Source: an uncultured archaeon (GTDB lineage Archaea; Aenigmatarchaeota; Aenigmatarchaeia; QMZP01; JACQNV01). Taken from it: a stretch of 64,000 nt of DNA. The notes under the pieces are model-generated. The model did no database searches, had not been told where the DNA came from, and saw only the letters and a program-made list of their open reading frames with translations. Each line of letters starts with the position of its first letter. The first letter of the stretch is position 1. Location of the stretch: the NCBI GenBank assembly GCA_964631205.1, contig CAZVWU010000002.1:755-64754 (forward strand), written 5' to 3'. The translations under genes and the position numbers were made by a program. This document shows positions 56,498 through 64,000 of this stretch, in pieces.

Positions 56498-57517
56498 TCA
56501 ACTAATTATAAGCGAATGCGTCTTTATCTCGTCTGAAAGCTCAACTGCAACATATCTTCTTCCGAAATCGTCCATATGCTCGTTTGGGTTTAGGGCATAT
56601 GTGAAATGCTCGCGGCTTAGGCTGAAGGAAAGATCTTTTATTTCTAGCTCATTTTTGTACATCTGGACGATTGCTTCTATATTTCTTGACACTATATCCT
56701 TAAAATCGGGCAGTTTTTCAGTTCCACTTTGGTAATCTATTGGCGTTATATATACAAGTAAATTAACGCCACAATTTTTATAATTTTTTATTGTATTTCC
56801 AAGAGACAGGAGCTTTCTATGAGTTGAATTGATTGTGTATAAATAATGGTATATAAATTTTTTCCTTATTTTGTCCTGGAGATCAGGGTCTTTTTCAGTC
56901 ATTTTGAAATTAAAGTCTATAACCCTGCCTACAGGGATTGTGTTGTAATAAACTATTTGGTTTTTCCATTTTATTTCATCCTCGCCTTCTGCCTGGCCTC
57001 CAAAAACCCTTGAAAACCTGTTCCAAAAATTTTCAAGAACATTATCTTTGGATTTTATTTGTTTGATTTCGTCTTTGAACTGGTATTGGGGCCGTGTGTC
57101 CCATTCAGGGCTGAACGATCTTAGATTTATTGGAAAAATAACGAGTTGTGGCTTTTTTTCTGATTCGCAAATGTACTTGCTGAATTCTTCATAAATCCCA
57201 AGGTGGTAAGCATTGTTTGATATTACAGATAATGACCCATTTTCGAGAATATTCCGCAACATGTCTCCGATTGGACGCGTATCTGTATCGTTCAGTCCTG
57301 TCCATCTCATTGTCGAATCGCCAAAATATATGATTTGTGTGTTGTTTTGTATGGATTTTCGAAGTTCATCCAACTCTGGGAAGTTTGTATTATCTAAATA
57401 GCCTTCAATCATAAGCCCTGCTATAACTACAATTGCGGTAAAACCTGCAGACTTCAGCAAAAATTCTTTTATGCCACCCATACTAAAATTGGAAATAGAT
57501 AAATTTTGGGCTTGCAT
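56498..57517 (-). CDS. SGNH/GDSL-like hydrolase-fold protein, membrane anchored (MBOAT partner)
   Basis: N-terminal TM segment and IIYFGDSTMRW (GDS block I). It sits adjacent to the MBOAT gene. Confidence 0.5.
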   Translation of the reverse strand: MQAQNLSISNFSMGGIKEFLLKSAGFTAIVVIAGLMIEGYLDNTNFPELDELRKSIQNNTQIIYFGDSTMRWTGLNDTDTRPIGDMLRNILENGSLSVISNNAYHLGIYEEFSKYICESEKKPQLVIFPINLRSFSPEWDTRPQYQFKDEIKQIKSKDNVLENFWNRFSRVFGGQAEGEDEIKWKNQIVYYNTIPVGRVIDFNFKMTEKDPDLQDKIRKKFIYHYLYTINSTHRKLLSLGNTIKNYKNCGVNLLVYITPIDYQSGTEKLPDFKDIVSRNIEAIVQMYKNELEIKDLSFSLSREHFTYALNPNEHMDDFGRRYVAVELSDEIKTHSLIIS

Positions 57518-58922
57518 GCCCGAAAAATATTATAGCCAATATAAGGAAGATGTAAGACCCCCACCTGAACAAAATATTTTTATTGGAAAAAATTTCAATT
57601 AAATTCGTCTTTGACTGGATGGCATATACAGAAACTATAAAAGCTATAAGGCCTAAGGACAGCAAAATTTCATCCCATCCGAGGCCTACCCTAAGGCCTG
57701 AGAAATCCAATGTTATCCCGCTCAGCATATTGCTTATAATATAATATGCATCAGAAAGTGTGTCTGCCCTGAAGAAAATCCAGGCGAATGTCACAAGGGA
57801 GAATGTAATCCCTATGCTAATTAGTGAATAGATTGATGGGAATTTGTGAAGATTTATTTTATGCGTGAATTTAGTTCTAAAACCGGTTGTTATCACATCG
57901 GATAATATATACCCCCCGTGCAGAATGCCCCAAACAATAAATGTCCAGCTCGCTCCATGCCATAAACCGCTTATTAGAAATACGATTAGAATGTTGATGT
58001 ATAATCTCCTGACAGAAACCCTATTCCCGCCCAAAGATATGTATACATAATCCCTGAACCAGCTTGAAAGGGAGATGTGCCACCTTCTCCAGAATTCTGG
58101 GACCGATTTTGAAAAATATGGCCTGTTGAAATTTTTCATTAGGTTGAAACCCATGACTCTAGCCGAGCCGATTGCTATTGTTGAATAGCCGGCAAAATCG
58201 CAAAATATCTGGAATCCGAAAAAGACTGTTGCGACCATCAATGGAAGGCCTGTATAATCTGTTGGATTAGCGTAGACTGTATTGACAAATATTGCCAGCC
58301 TGTCTGCAACCACCACTTTCAAAAACAATCCCCAAAGAATCAGTTTCAAGCCGTTTGAAACTCTTTTATAATCAAAATTGTGCTTTTCCCTGAATTGGTG
58401 GATAAGATTTTGCGGCCTTTCTATAGGGCCTGCGACAAGCTGCGGATAAAACATCACATACAAGGCATATATCCCTATATTCCTTTCCGGCTTCTGTTTT
58501 TTCCTGTATACTTCTATGACATAGCTTAAGCTTTGGAATGTATGGAATGACAAGCCTATCGGCAATAGAATCGATAAAGCTTCTATAGAATAGTTCCATC
58601 CTATTAAATTGGCGAGGCTATTCAGGTTGGACCCAAAAAAGTTGTAATATTTGAAAATAAAGAGCGTGGCGCATGTTGCAAGGATGCTTGCTGCAAGGAC
58701 GCCTTTTCTTTTCCTTCCTTCAGCTTTTTCTATAAATATTCCCGCAAGATAATCAACCAATATCAGGAAAAAAAGGGTGAATATATATATCGGGATTAAG
58801 GAGATGTAAAAAACCACGCTGGCCGCTAAAAGCAAAGCCCAGCGGAACCTGTGTGGCAAAAGAAAGTACGCTGTTGTAACCAAGCCGAAAAATACAAAAA
58901 ATTCCACTGAATTGAATAGCAT
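57483..58922 (-). CDS. MBOAT-family membrane-bound O-acyltransferase (AlgI/DltB-like)
   Basis: FWRRWHISLSSWFRDYVYISLGGNR with a conserved His in a multi-TM protein. Confidence 0.85.
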   Translation of the reverse strand: MLFNSVEFFVFFGLVTTAYFLLPHRFRWALLLAASVVFYISLIPIYIFTLFFLILVDYLAGIFIEKAEGRKRKGVLAASILATCATLFIFKYYNFFGSNLNSLANLIGWNYSIEALSILLPIGLSFHTFQSLSYVIEVYRKKQKPERNIGIYALYVMFYPQLVAGPIERPQNLIHQFREKHNFDYKRVSNGLKLILWGLFLKVVVADRLAIFVNTVYANPTDYTGLPLMVATVFFGFQIFCDFAGYSTIAIGSARVMGFNLMKNFNRPYFSKSVPEFWRRWHISLSSWFRDYVYISLGGNRVSVRRLYINILIVFLISGLWHGASWTFIVWGILHGGYILSDVITTGFRTKFTHKINLHKFPSIYSLISIGITFSLVTFAWIFFRADTLSDAYYIISNMLSGITLDFSGLRVGLGWDEILLSLGLIAFIVSVYAIQSKTNLIEIFSNKNILFRWGSYIFLILAIIFFGHASPKFIYFQF

Positions 58923-58951
58923 AATTTAACAGACAGGTAATTTAATTGATG

Positions 58952-59905
58952 TCAACCTTTAATTGCTTTCAGCGCTATATCCAAAGTCTTTAAGGCGTCT
59001 TCGCCGCTTGTGATTGGTGTTTTATTGCTTTTTATGCATTCAAGAAAATGCTGCAGTTCTAGCTTCAAAGGCTCCTGTTTTTCGACGTGCACTTCTGTCC
59101 TGCGAGGCTCCCCGAATTTGAGCACGAAATCGCCGAATTGGTCGTGCCCTTTCTCATAATTGGATTCATGCACTACAAGATTTTGCGTTATGTAATTGAG
59201 TTCTGCATATCCCTTTGTACCTGTAACATTAAGCAGCCTTATTTTAACTGGTGTTATCCAGTTTGCTTCTATTAGTCCGCTTGCGCCATTATATTTTAAA
59301 AGTATGCTTGCATAGTCTTCTCTGTTGCCTATAGCTTTGCCGGAATTAGAGAATATTTCTATGGGCTGCTTTTCAAGCAGATACCCAAAAATATCTATGT
59401 CGTGGACAGCCAAATCGATTATTACATTCATATCTTTTATTTGTGGCGGAAACAGGCCTACTCTTCTTGCAAGAAGCGAAGTTATTTCTCCCAGCTGGCC
59501 AGCTTTTATTATTTCTTTCAGTTTCTGGACTGCGGGATTATATCTTTCTATATGGCCTACCATCAATTTTACATTATGTTTTTTCGAGAGGTCCACAAGA
59601 TTATTTGCTTCTGAAACCGAAGATGAAATCGGCTTTTCTATAAGGACGTTTACGCCAGCCTGTATAAGCTCTGAAGCTATCTTGTGGTGCATGGATGTAG
59701 GGACACAAACAGAGACAGCATCAGGCTTTTCGTTCTCTATCAGCTCATTGCATGACTTGTAAAAATTGCACCCAAGACGCTTGGCGTCTTCTTTCGCCTT
59801 TCCATTTGTATCGACTATGGCAACAAGATTCGAGCCTTTCAGCTCTGTATATACCCTTGCATGGTGTTTCCCCATGTTTCCTGCTCCAACAACCGCTGTT
59901 TTCAT
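58952..59905 (-). CDS. Gfo/Idh/MocA-family NAD-dependent sugar oxidoreductase (WbpB-like)
   Basis: MKTAVVGAGNMGKHHARVY and an EKP motif. Confidence 0.8.
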   Translation of the reverse strand: MKTAVVGAGNMGKHHARVYTELKGSNLVAIVDTNGKAKEDAKRLGCNFYKSCNELIENEKPDAVSVCVPTSMHHKIASELIQAGVNVLIEKPISSSVSEANNLVDLSKKHNVKLMVGHIERYNPAVQKLKEIIKAGQLGEITSLLARRVGLFPPQIKDMNVIIDLAVHDIDIFGYLLEKQPIEIFSNSGKAIGNREDYASILLKYNGASGLIEANWITPVKIRLLNVTGTKGYAELNYITQNLVVHESNYEKGHDQFGDFVLKFGEPRRTEVHVEKQEPLKLELQHFLECIKSNKTPITSGEDALKTLDIALKAIKG

Positions 59906-60978
59906 ATCCTGAATTCCTTTATTTTTTTTATTATATAATCTATTTCTTCAGCTTTAAGTCGAGGATGGACAGGCAAAGATACAACTTCTTTTGAAATTTT
60001 TTCTGAGATTGGGCAGCTTTGTTTTGGATCCCTGTAAATAGGCTGGAGGTTTAAAGGCGTTGGATAATATATTTTGGCCCCTATTCCATTTTCTGCCATA
60101 TAACTTAAAAACCTGTCCCTGTTTTCCCGGGTTTTTATTGTATACTGGTGCCATGAATGCTTGGCATTCTTGATCGTATAAGGGATTTCTATCCAAGGTA
60201 TCTTTTCTATGCTTTCCGTGAGGACCCTTGCATTCTCCGCTCTTTTTTTATTCAATATATCAAGCTTCTTTAATTGTATCCTGCCTATGGCAGCCTGGAT
60301 TTCTGACATTCTCTGGTTGAAGCCGATTTTCACATGATTATATTGGCCATCTTGGCCCTGATTTCTTATGATTTTCGACTCACGCTCTATCTTTTGCTTG
60401 TTTGTTGATATCATTCCGCCTTCGCCTGTTGTAATATTTTTTGTTGCGTAAAAAGAGAATGTAGAAATTTCGCCAAATGAGCCTGCTTTTTTTCCACTAT
60501 ATTCTGCGCCAAGAGATTGTGCGCAATCTTCAATCAAAAGGAGGTTGTTTTTTTGGCATATTTTCATTATGCTGCCCATTTCGCATGGCTGGCCGAACAA
60601 ATGAACGATGAGCACTGCCTTCGTTTTTTCTGTTATTTTTTGTTCAATTGAAACTGGGTCTATGTTGAATGTGTTTGGGTTTATGTCAGCAAAAATTGGC
60701 CTGCACTTATTGTAAACAATCGAATTTGCTGTTGCAATAAAAGTGAATGGCGTTGTTATGATTTCAGAGCCTTCCGGAATTCCCAAGGTTTCTATGCCTA
60801 TTTGCAGGGAAGAGGTTCCGGAAGATGTTGCAGCAGAATATTTTGCCCCCAGATAAGCTGAAAACTCTTTTTCAAATGCTTCTACATTCTTCCCCTGTGC
60901 AAGATCTCCTGACTTCAGAACATCTGTTACAGCTTCAATCTCCTCTTCGCCTATTGAAGGTTTTGATATGCTTATCAT
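59902..60978 (-). CDS. DegT/DnrJ/EryC1/StrS-family PLP-dependent sugar aminotransferase
   Basis: Fold-type I aminotransferase with FSFYATKNITTGEGG (PLP-Lys). Confidence 0.85.
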   Translation of the reverse strand: MISISKPSIGEEEIEAVTDVLKSGDLAQGKNVEAFEKEFSAYLGAKYSAATSSGTSSLQIGIETLGIPEGSEIITTPFTFIATANSIVYNKCRPIFADINPNTFNIDPVSIEQKITEKTKAVLIVHLFGQPCEMGSIMKICQKNNLLLIEDCAQSLGAEYSGKKAGSFGEISTFSFYATKNITTGEGGMISTNKQKIERESKIIRNQGQDGQYNHVKIGFNQRMSEIQAAIGRIQLKKLDILNKKRAENARVLTESIEKIPWIEIPYTIKNAKHSWHQYTIKTRENRDRFLSYMAENGIGAKIYYPTPLNLQPIYRDPKQSCPISEKISKEVVSLPVHPRLKAEEIDYIIKKIKEFRI

Positions 60979-62096
60979 AATTTATCAGGGAGTTTCAATT
61001 CATTTTTTTCAAAAGCGGCTTTTGTTATCTCTAGGATTCTGTTGCTTGCCTTGCCGTCGCCGAACGGGGAAGGCAGGTTTTTGACTGTTTCCTTGAATCT
61101 CGGGGAAATTAATTCATCTACCAATTCTATGATCCTTTTCCCGGAATAACCTGAAATTTTCCAGAAAACATCCTCGCCTTCTGTGTCGACCCAGTTATCG
61201 GTGTATACTATTGTTGGTATTTTATATGCTGTCGCCTCTTTGAGTGCCCCACCGGAATCTGTCAGCAAAAGCTTTGCGTTGTTTAAAAAAGCCAAAAAAT
61301 CAAAATAGCCTACAGGCTCTATGATGTTTATTGATTTTTTGTTTATCAGATTAGTCAAGTTGAATTTTTCGATCATTTTTGCTGTCCTAGGGTGCATTGG
61401 AAAAATGATTTGATAAGTTTCGCTCAACTCTCCAAGAGTTTTTAAGAATTCTTCAAGCTTGTCTTTGTAATCAACTGTCTCTGCCCTGTGAAGAGTAACA
61501 AGGATATAATTTTTAGGGTCTATTTGCCTGTAAATATTGGCTTTTTCTTTTGCAAGTTCTGTGAACTCGTAGCATGCATCTATGATTGTATTTCCTGTCA
61601 CAAATATGCGGTTTTGGTGTATCCCTTCTTTCAATAATTTTTGCATCGAGTCTTCAGAATGTGCAAACAATAAGGAAGATATGTGGTCTGTCAATAGCCT
61701 GTTGACTTCTTCAGGCCTCCTTAAATCATAGCATCTGGGACCAGCTTCTATATGGCCAACAGGCAAGTGGATTTTTACAGCAGAAAGGGCAGCTGACAGG
61801 GTTGAATTTGTGTCCCCCTGGACCAAAGCAATGTCAAACTTTTTTTCCGCGAAAATTTTTTCCAGAAAAGGCATCATTGCTGACATGTGTTCGGAGTGCG
61901 TTTCTGCTTCATATTGCAGCTTAAAATCCGGCTCAGGAAGCCCCAATTCTTTTATAAAAATCCCTGCCATGTTGAAATCGTAGTGCTGACCAGTCTGGAT
62001 AAAAGAGAAATCTAGTTTATTTTTCTGCAGCTCTTTTATCAGGACTGCAACCCTTATGATTTCAGGCCTTGTCCCGGCAATCACAGCTATTTTCAT
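60975..62096 (-). CDS. UDP-N-acetylglucosamine 2-epimerase (non-hydrolysing), WecB family
   Basis: MKIAVIAGTRPEIIRVAVLI ... VQGDTNSTL ... HIEAG. Start is set at MKIAV. Confidence 0.85.
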   Translation of the reverse strand: MKIAVIAGTRPEIIRVAVLIKELQKNKLDFSFIQTGQHYDFNMAGIFIKELGLPEPDFKLQYEAETHSEHMSAMMPFLEKIFAEKKFDIALVQGDTNSTLSAALSAVKIHLPVGHIEAGPRCYDLRRPEEVNRLLTDHISSLLFAHSEDSMQKLLKEGIHQNRIFVTGNTIIDACYEFTELAKEKANIYRQIDPKNYILVTLHRAETVDYKDKLEEFLKTLGELSETYQIIFPMHPRTAKMIEKFNLTNLINKKSINIIEPVGYFDFLAFLNNAKLLLTDSGGALKEATAYKIPTIVYTDNWVDTEGEDVFWKISGYSGKRIIELVDELISPRFKETVKNLPSPFGDGKASNRILEITKAAFEKNELKLPDKL

Positions 62097-62211
62097 ATCC
62101 ACAGCAAATGGTTGTTGTAAGCCTGAAAAGATATAAAGGTTTACCAAAGTATGCGGTTGAACAATCTGTGAGAAGTTATTTAAATTAACAGGGTTATTAA
62201 CCTAAGGAAGT

Positions 62212-63273
62212 ATGATATTGACATTCGCAGGCACAAGGCCGGAGCTGATAAAGCTTTCCCAGCTTGTGCCGCTTATAGACAAAAGCTTTGAGCAGAAGTT
62301 TGTTCTCACAGGGCAGCATTATGCCAAAAACATGGTTGACATATTTTTGGAAGAGCTTGGCATGAGAAAGCCTGACGTTTTCCTTGAAACAAAAAGCTCA
62401 GAGCATTCCCAGAATTTGCCGCCGATCAAAAATCTTATCCGGAAAGAGGAGCCTGAAGCTGTGATTGTTTATGGGGATACAAATTCGATGCTGCCTGCAG
62501 CAATGGCTGCCAGTAAGTTGGGGGTCAAGGATATTATACACGTGGAGGCTGGGCTCAGGAGTTTTGACCAAAGGATGGCTGAAGAAACTGTAAGGGTTTT
62601 AATTGACCACATCAGCGATATACTCTTCACGCCAACCGAGCTGACATGCAATTTCTTAAAAAAAGAGGGGCTAACAGAAAAAACATTTATAGTGGGAAAT
62701 ACAGTAGTTGATTCCTGCATGGCGTATCTTCCTCGCGCCGAAAAAAGCGATGTTTTAAATAGATTAAGCTTAGAGGCAGGCAACTTTATTTTATCTACAG
62801 TCCATAGGGCTGAGAATGTTGACTATCCTGAAAAACTGGCTAGGCTGCTTCAGGCTTTTAACCAGCTTCCTTTGCAGGTCGTACTTCCTCTGCATCATAG
62901 AGCGAAGGCCAGGCTCGACGAATTTGGATATAAGATTCCAGGAAATGTGACAACTATCGATCCGGTGGGGTACATCGATATGCTGAAATTAATGAAAAAT
63001 TCGGCTTTGATAATGACAGATTCAGGCGGCGTCCAGGAAGAGGCAATAACCCTCAAAGTCCCATGCATAACTGTCAGGGAGACTACAGAAAGATGGGAGA
63101 CTATTGAGGCCGGCGCGAATTTTTTGGTTGGGACAGATCCCGAGCTTATAAAATATAAAACAAGAATGGTCTTGGAGACTGGCATGAAGAGCAGGCTTGC
63201 CAATATTCCAAACCCCTACGGCAATGGGGATTCCAGCAAGAGAATCGTTGAAGAGCTGAAAAAGCTCCTTTAA
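62212..63273 (+). CDS. UDP-N-acetylglucosamine 2-epimerase, second WecB paralog
   Basis: MILTFAGTRPELIKL ... VYGDTNS ... HVEAG. Confidence 0.85.
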   Translation: MILTFAGTRPELIKLSQLVPLIDKSFEQKFVLTGQHYAKNMVDIFLEELGMRKPDVFLETKSSEHSQNLPPIKNLIRKEEPEAVIVYGDTNSMLPAAMAASKLGVKDIIHVEAGLRSFDQRMAEETVRVLIDHISDILFTPTELTCNFLKKEGLTEKTFIVGNTVVDSCMAYLPRAEKSDVLNRLSLEAGNFILSTVHRAENVDYPEKLARLLQAFNQLPLQVVLPLHHRAKARLDEFGYKIPGNVTTIDPVGYIDMLKLMKNSALIMTDSGGVQEEAITLKVPCITVRETTERWETIEAGANFLVGTDPELIKYKTRMVLETGMKSRLANIPNPYGNGDSSKRIVEELKKLL

Positions 63274-63304
63274 TTTATTATATTAGGCTTTACAAGATTG
63301 TGTT

Positions 63305-64000
63305 ATGAAAAATATTGATGTCTGCCTGAGGCTAAGCTCGCATCCGGTTTTCAATTATCTGGTCAAATTTCCGCCTGCAGGAGTGAATTACAATGTAAGC
63401 CAGAAAACAACTTTGAAATCCGAGGCGCCGGGCCTGAAAAAGGAGATTAAAAAGAAAATATGGACAGCGCTCACAAAATTCAGGCCGCCATATGTTAATG
63501 TTGACATTGGGGCCAACCAGCTTATCCATTCATGCCACGGGATGCTCATTTCCAATAAAGAGCCATGGGCTGTGGATGTGGAGCATGCGCCATCTTTCGC
63601 AAACTACCAGGCGGCGTCTCTGTTAAAAGACGACTACAGGAATAGAATAATTAAGCTGCTTGCTTCAGACAGCTGCAAAAAAATAATCCCTTGGACGCAG
63701 GCCGCAAAAATGTCCGTTGAAAACACTTTCAAAAATGAAAAAATTAATGAAAAAATGGTGGTTGTTTATCCTGCAGTTGACATAAAAAATATAAAAAGCG
63801 AAAAGGATGACGGCATTATAAGGTTCCTTGTTGCAAGCAGGTTCTTTTATGAAAAGGGCGGCAAGCAGGCATTGGAGGCTTTCGAGGACCTGGATAAAAA
63901 ATATGATGTTGAACTTGCTGTCCTGTCCATTGTGCCTGAAGAAATAAAAAAGAAATATTCGAAAATAAAATCGATAAATTTTGTTGAAAAAATCTTTGTT
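63305..64000 (+). CDS. glycosyltransferase (GT-B/GT4-like), 3'-truncated at window edge
   Basis: Open frame from ATG 63305 runs to the end of the window without a stop. Its GT-B N-terminal-like region goes into the C-terminal domain start (FLVASRFFYEKGG). Confidence 0.45.
   Translation, partial: MKNIDVCLRLSSHPVFNYLVKFPPAGVNYNVSQKTTLKSEAPGLKKEIKKKIWTALTKFRPPYVNVDIGANQLIHSCHGMLISNKEPWAVDVEHAPSFANYQAASLLKDDYRNRIIKLLASDSCKKIIPWTQAAKMSVENTFKNEKINEKMVVVYPAVDIKNIKSEKDDGIIRFLVASRFFYEKGGKQALEAFEDLDKKYDVELAVLSIVPEEIKKKYSKIKSINFVEKIFV

Noticed and set aside
1-64000. CRISPR array / rRNA / integrase or transposase search
   Set aside because: I found no spaced direct-repeat arrays, no rRNA-like conserved stretches, and no integrase/transposase-like ORFs.

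Overview
This is an AT-rich archaeal chromosomal segment. The evidence is a group II chaperonin (thermosome) with a GGMP-type C-terminal tail, an EndoQ-like PHP nuclease, and the archaeal thiolase/HMG-CoA synthase/DUF35 mevalonate-entry trio. Gene content and compact 4-bp overlaps suggest a small-genome (DPANN-like) archaeon, but that is inference only.

The first ~15 kb carries housekeeping and accessory genes:
- a VapBC-like toxin-antitoxin pair;
- a thermosome gene;
- a Fic-family gene bracketed by a perfect 19-bp direct repeat;
- a candidate tRNA-Ile(UAU) gene interrupted by three introns, in which a 7-bp acceptor stem, D-stem, anticodon stem and T-stem are all satisfied across ~300 bp;
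- three tandem secreted lipoprotein paralogs;
- the mevalonate-entry enzymes.

From ~15.5 kb to the window end (>45 kb) lies a very large cell-surface glycan biosynthesis and decoration island:
- glycosyltransferases: GT2 and GT4 enzymes, a split Alg13/Alg14 pair flanking a NodU-type carbamoyltransferase, and polytopic GT-C-like membrane proteins;
- sugar-nucleotide enzymes: SDR epimerases/dehydratases, a nucleotide-sugar dehydrogenase, WbpB/WbpE-like oxidoreductase + aminotransferase, two WecB 2-epimerases and a PseB/CapD dehydratase;
- decoration enzymes: an LmbE deacetylase, a Fmt-like formyltransferase, a Zn-ribbon C-methyltransferase, two B12-binding radical SAM enzymes, an AsnB amidotransferase and an MBOAT+SGNH O-acylation pair;
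- a Wzx-like flippase;
- an embedded folate C1 module (5-FCL, SHMT, FolD).

Three further items are unexplained: an operon of three unknown proteins with weak PP2C-like and Nudix-like signatures inside the island, an SDR-HAD fusion, and a ~165-bp tandem duplication of the thiolase 5' end. I found no CRISPR array, rRNA or integrase.
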